Positions 19,901 to 30,003 of a stretch of DNA of 58,510 bases are shown here, piece by piece; the stretch's first letter is position 1; every line of letters starts with the position of its first letter. The notes beneath the pieces were generated by a model. The model saw only the letters and a program-made list of their open reading frames with translations, ran no database searches and was not told the DNA's origin. The DNA comes from a virus (lineage: Duplodnaviria; Caudoviricetes), in the IMG/VR virus record IMGVR_UViG_3300032087_002691, positions 1 through 58,510 of that record. One strand, 5' to 3'. The translations under genes were made by a program, and so were the position numbers.

Positions 19901-22900
19901 CAATAGCACAAATAAAAGAGCTGCAAAATCAGTACAGCCAGGCGGAATCAAGGACAGAAAGAGCGGCTATAGGTAGAAAAATTGTTGACGCTGTAGCGGC
20001 TCACACAAAGAATACAGAAAGACGCCAGGCTCTTATGGAATATCTGGCTGAGACTGATGACGCTAAATTCAACGAACTCGTTAATATTCATAATGAGGTT
20101 GAGGTTTTAGCGGAAGAATACTCTAGGTCTGATACCAAGAGAAGGAGGGAAATAAATAAAGAATTAAAATCTCTGCTGAATCGAAGGGCAGACATCGAAG
20201 GAGAATTAGACTCAGCCCTACAGACGGACGCAGCTTTAGAGGCTAGGGTACTAGGCAGGGAGGCCAAGAAAGCAGGTGAGAGGAGAAGAGATTACGGGGG
20301 GTTGTTTGAAAAGGGAACGGGAAAAATTACAGTAGATAAAAGCAACCTTGGTGCAGTAGCTAAAATCATTGAGAAGCTCACAAAACTTGATGTAAGCCCA
20401 TATAGCATTATGACTGAGGATGGCCGTGCTGTCGCGGCTACAACAGGAGAAAGGATTGTTAAGGGTATGCAAAACGCCTTAAACGTGGTCAGGGCACTGT
20501 CATCGCTTGGGGATTTTGCTATAGAGATGTATCGTGATTACGACACCTACATCAATGACCTTATGGAGGAAGGTAGTGTTGTCGACGAGGCTACGGGTGA
20601 GACTCGTAAGATGACGAGAGAAGAGGCTCAAAATGCTGCTGGTAGAGGAATGTGGACTGGCTCTGGAAAGATTAAGCTGTTCTTGCCAGCGATGCTTGAG
20701 AACACCGCTTATCACGAAGGGTATCACGACTTTGTTCTTCAGACGGTTGGAGAAAAGGCGGCAATAGGATTAGCTAAAAAACTATTTCAAGCCCTCCCTA
20801 AAAACCTAGTACAGAAGTACGGTAGCTTCTTAAGCTCCTATGGCTCTGGGATGGGCAATCTTGTTAAGATACTTGAAAACAAGAATGTTAGCGACGCCGA
20901 CAAGCGTCAAGCTGCAGATGAATTCCTTATGGAATTTTTGTCTGACCTGTCTGCTGGAAACGTTTCTATTGAAGTCCAGAAGGGGATTATTCGACAGTTT
21001 ATGGACTTCTTGGCTCCACACCTTGGTCGGATTGGAATTAAGGGTATACCAGACGCTAAGATTTCCGACGTAGTGAAAGCCATCAATCAGCTAACATCTG
21101 AAGTAGCTGAAGGTAAAAGGCTTGAAGGCCAAAAGGCTTTGTCTACTGCCGTAGCTAGAGCTGGATACGCAACGATGACAGCAAAGATGGGTATCAGCGT
21201 CGATGATGAAATTGAAGAAGGCTACGACCAGGCAAAGGCGCAAGCCATGACGTCTAAAGATTCCGACGAGAGCGGTAAAAAGATTGACGCCACCCTTATG
21301 TTCCTAGTCGGCAAGTCAAGAGTAAGCGGTAGATATCCTATTAGAAAGAGCTTCAACAGCAACCAGCACATAGAGAACTTCATTAACTATATGGAGGAGA
21401 GGAAAGGCTGGGTGTTTGATGAGATGTTCATCAATAAAGGTGAGTACGAGGGTAGGGAGTTCTCAACAGACGAACCCGCTGTGCAGCCACCAAAACCAAA
21501 GGCTACTCTAGTGCCTACGGATTCTGATATATACAGTGTTCAAGCATACGACTTTGAGGGCTTTGTGGAGATTATGGATAAGGCTCTTGAGAAGAGAAAG
21601 GAGCTTAGCATGAACCTCGGAATTCAAGTAGACCCGTTGACCGTAGAGGATATAAAACAAATCAAAGAGGAGGGCGGTGTTTTGTATATGACCATAGACA
21701 ATAAGGCTGGCGCCTATATCAAGCGCGATGGTTATATGGGCGGCTTGTTTAAGGACCCTGACTCAAGCTACCGCTCTGTAGCTAAGGCTATGCAAGACAA
21801 GCGCAACGGCCTCGCTAAGAATTCTTGGGGCATGAAGTCTGCGTTCATGAGCTCGTATGCTACAGACCTTGAGAGGCAGTATGTTGAGAATGGATGGAAG
21901 CCTGTAGCTAGGGTAGAGTTTAATCCAGATTATGCACCAGAGGGGTGGGATGCAGAAAACTCGCCGTTGATTAATAAGCCAGACATCGTATTCTACGTCG
22001 AGGGCAAAGGAGAAGTGGGCGGAGGTAAGATGATGGATAGCTATGACGAAGCTTATTCAGCAGCAAGAGACCTTGCTCAAAAGGACAGCCCAGCATCTAA
22101 GGCTCAAGCTATGCCAGACGCCTCGCTGCAAGAGGATGCTACCGTCTCTTTTGAGGATGCTTCAGGCATCACTCCTGCTATGCTGTCCAGTAGAGCGGGC
22201 GAGCTTAAGCTACCTGAATCTCAAAGACAAAAAAGAAATAAGGTTGTTACAGGTGTTCTCAACAAGTATGAGCTTGGCGAGATTAATCAAGAGCAATATA
22301 TCGCTGCTGTTCGAGAGAACATGCCAATCAAGGCTTTCGACGAGGTTCCAGAGATTCCTAGTCTATTAGACGTTGCCGCATCCCTTAAAACAAATCAAGT
22401 TAATAAGGGTATTATTGGCTCAAATAAGCAGGTGGAAGACGGTTATTACGTCGGTCTTAGGCTTGATGTTCCAGCATATAACGAGTATGACACATGGGTG
22501 GTGTCTGTACACCAGGGCAAAAAAGCAGAAGCTAGGACTCCCTACCTAGGAGGTAAGACTATCGGATATGGTCAGACAGGGGTCATCACAAATGTCACCT
22601 TTGATTCAACACCTGTAGCGGCACTTAATATCGCAAGAAGCAAGGGTAAAACGACTATTGCCCGCATGTTTGGAGACTGGAGAAATGAAGACCCTAAGTC
22701 TGTGCGTGAACGTGCGATGGCAATCATGGAGGGACCAGAATACAATTCTGACTACAAGGAAATTGGTAAGATGGACGGATGGATTCAGGTTGGTATGAAT
22801 CCGTTCAGGCACAGCTGGTTCTACGACAAGCGAGATGGCCGTCCGATTGCAGAGGCGTCTGAAGTTATTCAAATTGGGGCTCTTGTACTTGCCAAGGATG

Positions 22901-25900
22901 CGGTTAAGATTTCTGAATCTGATGAAAGGTTTAACGCTAAGAGCGCTGTCAGCGGCAAGACTATTAAGTTTCAACGTCCAGGCTCTATTGTCGACGATGT
23001 TAACAGTCTAGCTAAGACTGATAAGGTTGGCATCTTTGACTTCGAGTACTCTGCCAACACCTCTCAAATGGATGAGTGGATAAAGTCTGGGGTGGTAAGG
23101 CAGGAGGAGATGTCGTTTATCGAGGGTATGGATGTCTTGGCGCACTCACCAGACAACATGATGGTTGGTAGCGTGTCTGTTGGCGATAGAGTTATTGCAG
23201 AAAACGGAGGAGGCTTGTTCTATTCTGCTAGAACTGGCGACGTGTGGGCTGTAGCTGGTGAGAGTACTGGTAGAAACATGGCTAAGGAGCTCAATGAACT
23301 TCGCTCAAAATCTGAAAATGGTAAGGCATACATAGTTCTTATTAGTGGCAGCAGGGTGAAGCACGTAAGCTCTACTGGCGGTGTTATGTCATTTGCCGCT
23401 ATTGGATTTGAGATGGTTGAACAAGGCATCATCACTAAGTCTGAACTAAAGGAGGTGCTTAGGCAAACCATTAAGGAAACAGAAGTAATATCTGAAAAGG
23501 CTCAGATAAGTGCTAATGAGGCAAGGGTTAAAGATGGTAAAAAGCCCAAGCCAATAAGGAAGGGTGTTAGAACGCTAAGCGACCTCACGGGTACAATGCA
23601 AGCATTGTTTGACCGTTTCTATGTTGAGTTTGCTTCCCCATATCAATCTACTTTTGAGCAGAGGAAAGCCTTTGTAGATAGATTTGCCACCAATCTAGGC
23701 GCCTTGGTTAAAAGAAAGGCCGACATGGGCGATGCTGAGTCAACGGGCCTAAAGGAAGCCTACAAAAAAATGTTTGGTATTTCAAACATGAATACGAACC
23801 AATTTGGCAGCACCATTAAGAACTTCTTCTTCGACAACTTCCAAGAAAAAATCTTGCAGGGTGGCCAGAAGGGTGAAATATATGCAGCTATTGAGGTATC
23901 ATCTGACGTAGAGCTTGTAACGGACCCAGACCCAACAGCGTCTTACCCACTTAAACTCGTCAACACGGACCCCGATGCTCCAGCTCCAAAGACAATAGTC
24001 TTTAAAACAATGCGCCGAGTTGACGGCTCTATGATTTCTCGTAGCTCAAGAGCTATGGGTAAGCAGGTGGGTGATACATACATAAACAGCAAGGGTAAGA
24101 AGGCAACTATAACAACCACTGTCTTTGAGGCTATGAGTGGGCAGGGCGTCACCTCGTGGGGGCGCATGACTATGAAGGCTCCAGTACCAGTAGACGCTAT
24201 CGCTAGAGAGGTGGTGAGCATGACTGAGACCCGCACCATTGGTGTTCGCGCCAAGGCCCAGGGTAATATCATGAAGATGCTTGCTGATGCGATTGATTCA
24301 ACAATGCCTACTCCAACCATAGAGGTTAGACGTGGTAAGCTTATCATAAACTCTTCTAGGGCAGAGCTTTGGAATAGGAGCAGAGATGAGATTGTTGACA
24401 TGCTTGTGGCTAGTGGTATGAGCAAGGAGAATGCCGTGGCACTGTATAAACAAGCTAAAGCCTACAAGCAAGGCAGGTTGGCGGGTAAAAACGCCGCCGA
24501 CAAGAATGCCCGCAACACCTTAGGTAAAAGAAACAGGGAGCTTAGCTCTGAAGCTAAATCTTTAAAGAAAGAACTTCGTGAGCTTACTCAAAAGTCAGAA
24601 ACTGTTGATGAGTTCTTGACGTTCGCCATCGCCCTCATTGATGAGCGCATGAAGGATAGGGGTAAGCAGCCGTTCTCAAAGAGAGAAATACAGCGGTTCT
24701 TTAAAATTGTTCGTCAGGCACATAGGTCGTCTTCAAAACGTATAGCTAAGGATGGAGGGGCTGAAGTGATGGACTCGTTTGTCGAAAAGATTATTGACAT
24801 CTTTGATAAGCAGGATGCGCAACAGGCCATGAGGGATTACATGGCTTCAATTAGCGCAGCAAGAAAGCTTCAAGACAGAATTGCTAAGCTGACTAAGAGA
24901 CGTAAAAGAAACGAGTCTCTTAAGTCTATAGGTTCATACGTAGAGGTCTTGAGAAGGCTTGCTGATATCAATCCAGCGATGTTGTCTCCAACAGACGTTA
25001 TGGATTTTATTAAGACTTTGAACGCTGCTGTAACTTCCGTATCAAAAGTTAAGACTGAGTTTGACGCTGAGGAAGAGAGAGTTGTTGGGGTGGCTCCAAA
25101 TCGCACCTCGGTAGCAGCATTAACGGCCATGGCCAATGACTTCAGGGCTCTCGAAGAGATTGGACGTAATGCCAGAATGGTGGCTAAAGCCGAGGCGGCT
25201 GCACAGAAAAACGGAACCGAGTTTGAGGAGGAGTATTCAAAGCTTATCAAGGCAGAGAGGCTTAAGCAGGTTAGCTCAACCAGAAAAGCTGTTCTTAAAT
25301 ACATCGAGGACAACCCTCGTGAAAACCTAGACGCATCCAATCCAGCCGACCTGGAGTATATCCTAGAACAGCTGGCTGAAAATAAAGCCCTACTTGAGGA
25401 GCAGTCAAAAGAAGCTATTATCAATGATGTGCTTCTCCCCATGATTGCTTTCAACCTTGATAGGCTGCTTGCCGATGAGCATATAGCAGAAATACTGGGT
25501 GTATACTGGGCATTTGATTATGACGTCAACGCTCTTTCTCGGCGACTTTCAAAGCTTGACAAGGTGACACTCGCCAGTATTGAGTTTAAGCTTGACGACT
25601 ACCTGATGAACGACTCTACGATGGGTCTAGGTACTGTAGCTGCTAGGGTCAAGGGTAAGATAGATTATGCCGACGGCATTAAATCAAACTTGCTAGATAA
25701 GGGCATTGTTGCAACAGGCAAGCCACTTCTTGCTGCTCTTGACACCGTAGACTCTCTTATTAGATTCATGTTCAAAACAGACTCTAAGACCATAGCTAAG
25801 ATTAGAGTTCTTATTGGTTTTGCCGCTATTGAGAGGTCGTTTGCTAAGGCTGATATGATTCATGCCATGACAGCGGACGCCATCTCCGATAAGATGAATG

Positions 25901-28620
25901 AGATTGAGGGTAAGAGATATTGGAAGCGCAAGAAGGGTAGTGTAAGCACTGTGTACGACAATGCTATCATGCAGATATTCTCTATGGCTAGGCAGATGCC
26001 AGTCCTTGAGGAGGGTGTCGAAGGTCAGAACGCTGCTGATTGGTTCTTAGCCCTTAGAGATGTTATGCTCAGAACGATTGAGCACAACGAGCAGCAGAAG
26101 GACGTATACTCTAAAAAAGATATAGCTGAGATGCGTCGGGCATATGAATTTCTGTTTGAAAATTTCGATGAAGATTTGCCAGCTAGTCTTGACAACCTCA
26201 TGGGTAGAGTCGGTGTCTTTAGACCTGACCTTGTTGAGATGGTTGACTTTATGGTTGACATCCACTCCACTATGGAGGATATCTTCGCTAACTACGTAGA
26301 GAGGTATCTCGGTAAGACGTTGGTTAGAGAATCTCAATACACACCGTTCAGCGTCATGTCTAAGATGGAGCAATCCGCTGTTGATGATGCAGCGCAGCTT
26401 AGACAAGCGATGATGGAGGGGATGAGAACAGCAGCCCTGTCTAATGTAAAAAAGACAGCGGGCTCGTCATACGAAAGAAACCCAAAGAGTATATCTAGTA
26501 AGTCTAACATCATTGGTCTAAACTTCCTTAGTATCAATGAAAGAACGCTGAGAGAGAATACAATATTGTCTTACACTATCGGGGATGTAATGGCTTTGCA
26601 GTCAGCATTCTCTAGTGAAGAGATGACACAGCTCATCCCAGACAACGGAAGAAGAAATAGACTGCATCAAAAACTAATGCAGTATATATCTCAAGATATT
26701 GGGTCGGCACCATCGGTGTTTAAATCTAGATTTATTGTCAATGAAAGGGTTCCGTTCCTCGGCGGCAGGAGATTTAGAAACCCACTGCAAACGATAAGGA
26801 TTGCCACTATAGTAAGAGCATTTGGTGGGGTGTTTGTACAGACGCTCAAGCAGAGTACTGTTCTTGTTAGTGTCATTGGAAACATGAAAAACCCAATGCA
26901 GTCCATTCCGTATTTGCTTCAAACGTGGGCTGAGATTTGGGCATACGCGGCCAGAACTGGCGGGTTTAAGGATTCTAAACTAACCCTTGAGGCTAATGGT
27001 AGATATCGACTATTGCAAAACTCTCCTGTCTTTTCGAGAGACTATGAGGCTGGTAACATCGACCCCTACACAGGCTCTATCGAAACCGAAACAAGTTGGT
27101 TTGTAAGAACGAGAGATAAGCTCGCTTCTTTGGCTCTTAAGAACTTGAAGTCAACGGATAAGGCTGCAGCTATTGCATCATGGTTCGCATACTATGCTGA
27201 CTTCATGGTCTCAGAGAGTCTCGCCGAAAGCGTATGGGATATTGACTGGGAAGCTGAGGCGAACAATCCAAACGCAGAGGCGTTGAGCTATGCTGACACT
27301 ATGGTTTCAAAAGACCAAGCAGCATCTACTGCTAGACAGGCAGCCGATGTGTACAAAGATGGTCGTGGATTTGCTGGTGCGGTGACTGCATTTGCTAGAA
27401 ACATTATTCTTCCATTTGCCAGACACACCATTAATAAAAAACGAGCTATAGGTTCTGACGCAAGTAAGCTTCTATTTGGAAGAGACAAGAAAGCTAGGAG
27501 AGAGGGAGGTAAGAACATGGTGTTCCACATCGCGGAGCTAACAGCTTTCCAAGCTATAGGATATATTCTTCTACCAGCCTTAACTCAGTATGTAATGGGC
27601 CTCTTGGGTTATGACGACGAGGAAAAAGAGTCTGAATACAAAGACAACCCGTGGATGCGCGTGGGTGGCGGCGTGGTAAAGGACTTAGTGCCGCTTCCTC
27701 CTATGGGATACACTGACGACTTGATAACCGAAAACATAAACAGGTACTTCCTGTTCCCTATAGATTCTGGCATGGGGTGGACAGATGATGGCTATGATGA
27801 TGGCTACGAGGCATGGAAGAACACATCTCCAAACGCCTTGCCTACATACCAAAGAAAATCAGACCTCTCCGCCAAGGGTGCTTTAAACCTTATGCTTGGA
27901 CCGTATGGCCAGTTTGTAACTGACGCATACTACACGTATCAAAACCTTAACAACCCAGATAACAAGGTTATTTCTAAGTCAGGTAGAGAATACTACGTAA
28001 GGCCAGAAGATAAGGAGCAGATGGACACTCACTTTGCTTTAAGCTTCGTGTTGTTCATGACTCAAACGGCAGGGTTCTCATCAAAAGAACTTGACATGAT
28101 TGTCCGCAAGATGGATGACCTGCCTCGTGAAAGAGCCTTCTCGTCAGAGGAAGAACTCATGGGCTATGAGTATCAGATGGAGTGGCTGTTGGAGAACAGC
28201 GATGAGAACAAGCAGTTCTTGAAGTTCTTTGAGGGTGGAGAAGGTTCGGAAGATGTGGACGCTAGAATTGAACAATACCTCAATAGTATAGCCGATGACC
28301 CTGACTCATCTCCTCAAGAAGTCAAAAAGGCTTTGACCAAAATAAAAAAGGGAGCTAAGACTGCAGATGTGGAGTTCTATATGAAGCCTATGGAGGGTTA
28401 TTCAGAACACATCAGAGATATCAGGGGCATATACAGAAGCACATCCAACGCCAAGGAGTACGCTTCCGCTATCAACATCCGCAAGGAGATGATGAGCCCA
28501 GAAGAATTTGCTAACTTTAAGGCTCTATCCGATGTGTACATGTCCGCCATGAGTCCAGGTAGACTTGCTGAAAGCGAATACTATACTGCACACGGGTTGT
28601 CAGAAGACTTATCTAACTAA
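16978..28620 (+). CDS. Giant polyvalent virion protein (zincin MPTase, GNAT-like and unknown modules)
   Basis: 3880 aa. TAYHEGYH (HExxH) at 20713-20727 with a downstream DEFL. GNAT-like Y...GWKPVARVEFNPDYAPEGWD...PDIVF. Hydrophobic Gly/Ala segments near aa 780-960. Confidence 0.8.
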   Translation: METKEQFLERYNAAVAAGATQAELQAMIDEFEASEAGQKAREEYEYLNPPKEKVDEYLEFLNSDLQDEEYVNNYLTPSVPIHRGWMDMQTGDLKQDRDLDMSPAFVALQAYNYTSKEADVWHTSGGNIADKEFGSEMEDWYGKQFVEQNRTYNKGALDYKYDNNLSASENKYLEERHYQKLRYTAAMSPLGWADVAKDLTDDKKEELTSQIVTNLIEIDKAYNERLKNPDEYDDYMLTPEERSEFLDKQLDYFSMLGVTLNDEAYDDFQKEYKRLNDYRKKELLDKFSLSELSNKIEERHLAKKRVNIDSWDSEYVELYGLQKYKLSNMVPEAVPSTTLPFLFSPSKKSSVPTQENRIVFSPNKEYDFGDKTISGEEAMLLQEVGIAQQEGLERFVRAHFSQTYYYKALHLIGGLPSQGNNDPASWFKPDSKLDANRQDLIDVITEKINSDSPSEQHEGWFMLFLGSGGEHKNPEFTGFSAETDEERIIHLLNAFSNSNDTQLFKAFRNGFDGGEGFTYEPEGIMAIDRGVSVPEAMAQSLFPDEMFHFGFEAYVGGVGSLFSGKDLHDKAGQLTVFANQLENVYPDIREKGISAIPDWSYKITKSGRTDREHFQETMTRIRWEGISGLEDMAVENIKTRAYAYASEYMGPKLRRTLGKDYSQSKLREFEQKLYREYDTPADLTGDGYYNENKEGWDGFTEAFGGEFGRAWRQSWDGMATLTENTLVLADIMPEYRAKSNQRARQRGIDAITKELRVSTRSLSDKFNSGDFTGWITDVGTQTGGSIPMMGAALVTGFVTRGNSKAVAVVTSAMGAASVYSQNKDTEWFKNLSGAEATGFVLSSGIAEGLPALVGAKIFSGQGFLAKRLASTPMGKAVMSGSGKQGFLGWTRGLIIGAGLGATEEALTEGVTAGWQYTAERWAKNQAGEYATWNYDDWWAAVKEGALAGLGMGGVFSGTGTLVRTVSTKSLGSLRTIAQIKELQNQYSQAESRTERAAIGRKIVDAVAAHTKNTERRQALMEYLAETDDAKFNELVNIHNEVEVLAEEYSRSDTKRRREINKELKSLLNRRADIEGELDSALQTDAALEARVLGREAKKAGERRRDYGGLFEKGTGKITVDKSNLGAVAKIIEKLTKLDVSPYSIMTEDGRAVAATTGERIVKGMQNALNVVRALSSLGDFAIEMYRDYDTYINDLMEEGSVVDEATGETRKMTREEAQNAAGRGMWTGSGKIKLFLPAMLENTAYHEGYHDFVLQTVGEKAAIGLAKKLFQALPKNLVQKYGSFLSSYGSGMGNLVKILENKNVSDADKRQAADEFLMEFLSDLSAGNVSIEVQKGIIRQFMDFLAPHLGRIGIKGIPDAKISDVVKAINQLTSEVAEGKRLEGQKALSTAVARAGYATMTAKMGISVDDEIEEGYDQAKAQAMTSKDSDESGKKIDATLMFLVGKSRVSGRYPIRKSFNSNQHIENFINYMEERKGWVFDEMFINKGEYEGREFSTDEPAVQPPKPKATLVPTDSDIYSVQAYDFEGFVEIMDKALEKRKELSMNLGIQVDPLTVEDIKQIKEEGGVLYMTIDNKAGAYIKRDGYMGGLFKDPDSSYRSVAKAMQDKRNGLAKNSWGMKSAFMSSYATDLERQYVENGWKPVARVEFNPDYAPEGWDAENSPLINKPDIVFYVEGKGEVGGGKMMDSYDEAYSAARDLAQKDSPASKAQAMPDASLQEDATVSFEDASGITPAMLSSRAGELKLPESQRQKRNKVVTGVLNKYELGEINQEQYIAAVRENMPIKAFDEVPEIPSLLDVAASLKTNQVNKGIIGSNKQVEDGYYVGLRLDVPAYNEYDTWVVSVHQGKKAEARTPYLGGKTIGYGQTGVITNVTFDSTPVAALNIARSKGKTTIARMFGDWRNEDPKSVRERAMAIMEGPEYNSDYKEIGKMDGWIQVGMNPFRHSWFYDKRDGRPIAEASEVIQIGALVLAKDAVKISESDERFNAKSAVSGKTIKFQRPGSIVDDVNSLAKTDKVGIFDFEYSANTSQMDEWIKSGVVRQEEMSFIEGMDVLAHSPDNMMVGSVSVGDRVIAENGGGLFYSARTGDVWAVAGESTGRNMAKELNELRSKSENGKAYIVLISGSRVKHVSSTGGVMSFAAIGFEMVEQGIITKSELKEVLRQTIKETEVISEKAQISANEARVKDGKKPKPIRKGVRTLSDLTGTMQALFDRFYVEFASPYQSTFEQRKAFVDRFATNLGALVKRKADMGDAESTGLKEAYKKMFGISNMNTNQFGSTIKNFFFDNFQEKILQGGQKGEIYAAIEVSSDVELVTDPDPTASYPLKLVNTDPDAPAPKTIVFKTMRRVDGSMISRSSRAMGKQVGDTYINSKGKKATITTTVFEAMSGQGVTSWGRMTMKAPVPVDAIAREVVSMTETRTIGVRAKAQGNIMKMLADAIDSTMPTPTIEVRRGKLIINSSRAELWNRSRDEIVDMLVASGMSKENAVALYKQAKAYKQGRLAGKNAADKNARNTLGKRNRELSSEAKSLKKELRELTQKSETVDEFLTFAIALIDERMKDRGKQPFSKREIQRFFKIVRQAHRSSSKRIAKDGGAEVMDSFVEKIIDIFDKQDAQQAMRDYMASISAARKLQDRIAKLTKRRKRNESLKSIGSYVEVLRRLADINPAMLSPTDVMDFIKTLNAAVTSVSKVKTEFDAEEERVVGVAPNRTSVAALTAMANDFRALEEIGRNARMVAKAEAAAQKNGTEFEEEYSKLIKAERLKQVSSTRKAVLKYIEDNPRENLDASNPADLEYILEQLAENKALLEEQSKEAIINDVLLPMIAFNLDRLLADEHIAEILGVYWAFDYDVNALSRRLSKLDKVTLASIEFKLDDYLMNDSTMGLGTVAARVKGKIDYADGIKSNLLDKGIVATGKPLLAALDTVDSLIRFMFKTDSKTIAKIRVLIGFAAIERSFAKADMIHAMTADAISDKMNEIEGKRYWKRKKGSVSTVYDNAIMQIFSMARQMPVLEEGVEGQNAADWFLALRDVMLRTIEHNEQQKDVYSKKDIAEMRRAYEFLFENFDEDLPASLDNLMGRVGVFRPDLVEMVDFMVDIHSTMEDIFANYVERYLGKTLVRESQYTPFSVMSKMEQSAVDDAAQLRQAMMEGMRTAALSNVKKTAGSSYERNPKSISSKSNIIGLNFLSINERTLRENTILSYTIGDVMALQSAFSSEEMTQLIPDNGRRNRLHQKLMQYISQDIGSAPSVFKSRFIVNERVPFLGGRRFRNPLQTIRIATIVRAFGGVFVQTLKQSTVLVSVIGNMKNPMQSIPYLLQTWAEIWAYAARTGGFKDSKLTLEANGRYRLLQNSPVFSRDYEAGNIDPYTGSIETETSWFVRTRDKLASLALKNLKSTDKAAAIASWFAYYADFMVSESLAESVWDIDWEAEANNPNAEALSYADTMVSKDQAASTARQAADVYKDGRGFAGAVTAFARNIILPFARHTINKKRAIGSDASKLLFGRDKKARREGGKNMVFHIAELTAFQAIGYILLPALTQYVMGLLGYDDEEKESEYKDNPWMRVGGGVVKDLVPLPPMGYTDDLITENINRYFLFPIDSGMGWTDDGYDDGYEAWKNTSPNALPTYQRKSDLSAKGALNLMLGPYGQFVTDAYYTYQNLNNPDNKVISKSGREYYVRPEDKEQMDTHFALSFVLFMTQTAGFSSKELDMIVRKMDDLPRERAFSSEEELMGYEYQMEWLLENSDENKQFLKFFEGGEGSEDVDARIEQYLNSIADDPDSSPQEVKKALTKIKKGAKTADVEFYMKPMEGYSEHIRDIRGIYRSTSNAKEYASAINIRKEMMSPEEFANFKALSDVYMSAMSPGRLAESEYYTAHGLSEDLSN

Positions 28621-28627
28621 GATTTAA

Positions 28628-29104
28628 ATGAAACTAGAAGTATTAAGATTTAGTAGCCAGAAAGACTCAACATCTGGCGCATTGTTTGACATTACTAACG
28701 GCAGGAAATTCCTGTGCTACACACTTGAAGATGAGAAAAGAGATGAAAAAGTTATGGGGGAGACTCGTATCCCCAGCGGAACGTATAGAGTTACGTTACG
28801 AACAGTGGGGGGCCACCACAGCAAGTATTCCCACCGCTTTAAGGATATTCATAAAGGCATGCTCTGGGTTCGTGACGTTCCTAATTTTGAGTATATACTT
28901 ATTCATTGTGGGAACACTGATGAGCACACTGCTGGTTGCCTTCTGGTTGGAGAAACACAGTCGTCCAATATTAAAGAACCTAACGGCTTTATTGGAAGGT
29001 CCACGCAAGCGTATTTCGACGTTTATCCAAGGATTGCGGACGCGCTTGAAGCTGGGGAAGAAGTAACCATCACTTACATAGACTACGATGGAGAAGAAGA
29101 TTAA
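28628..29104 (+). CDS. DUF5675-type putative endolysin (L,D-transpeptidase-like)
   Basis: CYTLED...IP.GTY...ILIH.GN...HTAGCLLVG motif, next to the holin. Confidence 0.8.
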   Translation: MKLEVLRFSSQKDSTSGALFDITNGRKFLCYTLEDEKRDEKVMGETRIPSGTYRVTLRTVGGHHSKYSHRFKDIHKGMLWVRDVPNFEYILIHCGNTDEHTAGCLLVGETQSSNIKEPNGFIGRSTQAYFDVYPRIADALEAGEEVTITYIDYDGEED

Positions 29105-29522
29105 GGATACTGGCTTAGGTAAGTGGCTCAAAGACAAGGCGCCAACGATACTTGATACGGTAGGCGAGCTGTTGCCTGATAAGGGCGGACTTGGTGTTGT
29201 AAAGAACCTGCTGGACAAGGACCCCAACATCAATCAAGACGAAGCTAAAGCCAGGATAGATGCTGAGATAGCATTTCAAGACAACGTAACGGAAAGATGG
29301 AAGGCTGATATGGGTAGCGATATCAAGCTCGCTAAGTACATCAGACCAGTTACACTCATCGCTCTTATGGCCATGTTCGTGCTCACGATGATAGCGGATT
29401 CCCTTGATAACTGGCCCTTTAACGTCAAGGACAGTTATGTATCTTTGTTAGAGATACTAATGCTAACATCATTCGGTGCATACTTCGCTGGAAGAACCAT
29501 CGAAAAAGCTAGGACTAAATGA
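29088..29522 (+). CDS. Holin (3TM/GTA-holin-like)
   Basis: RW.ADM.SD..LAK.IRP, hydrophobic helices, GAYF.GRT.EK. Confidence 0.8.
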   Translation: MEKKIKDTGLGKWLKDKAPTILDTVGELLPDKGGLGVVKNLLDKDPNINQDEAKARIDAEIAFQDNVTERWKADMGSDIKLAKYIRPVTLIALMAMFVLTMIADSLDNWPFNVKDSYVSLLEILMLTSFGAYFAGRTIEKARTK

Positions 29523-29653
29523 GACACGAAGAAGATTTTGACGTAAGCTTTCTTGACCAAGATAAACTCAAAGAGCAAGAGAAAAAGATTGAGTCAGGAG
29601 AGATTATCTGCAGCATTAAAAACCCTGAGGATTGTGAATCATGCAGCGGCTAA
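29519..29653 (+). CDS. 44-aa acidic peptide ending CSIKNPEDCESCSG
   Basis: Read manually. ATGA-coupled to the holin stop; not in the ORF track. Confidence 0.75.
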   Translation: MRHEEDFDVSFLDQDKLKEQEKKIESGEIICSIKNPEDCESCSG

Positions 29654-29715
29654 GGCTTACGTGGAAAAAGTTTATATGGGCACTCATACAGTTTAGCAAA
29701 CACAACTAGAAAGAC

Positions 29716-30003
29716 ATGGAGCTAGGAGAAAACACAAGAGTCACGCTTGATATAAAGACTATAGTTATCATCATTAGCTTTATTGTCACCTCTGTCGGGA
29801 TGTGGTATGCTATGAAGAGCGAGATTGAGCTCGCTAAAAAACTACCAGAACCAGAGATTGAGCGCACTGAATACGACCTCAAAGACCAACTCATAAGGGA
29901 AACTATTTTAAACACGCAGGAGCAAGTAGAAGCTAATGGCAAGAAACTAGACTTGATAGAGGGGCGGCTGTACGAACTCAGCACGGAAGCCAAAAGGAAA
30001 TGA
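29716..30003 (+). CDS. Single-TM coiled-coil membrane protein (lysis/spanin-like)
   Basis: TM segment IVIIISFIVTSVGMWY followed by a coiled coil, inside the lysis module. Confidence 0.6.
   Translation: MELGENTRVTLDIKTIVIIISFIVTSVGMWYAMKSEIELAKKLPEPEIERTEYDLKDQLIRETILNTQEQVEANGKKLDLIEGRLYELSTEAKRK

Noticed and set aside
16978-28620. crAss-type virion RNA polymerase in the giant protein
   Set aside because: No convincing catalytic DxDxD loop. DRDLD near aa 100 lies in a variable N-terminal region. A highly divergent polymerase cannot be excluded without structure prediction.
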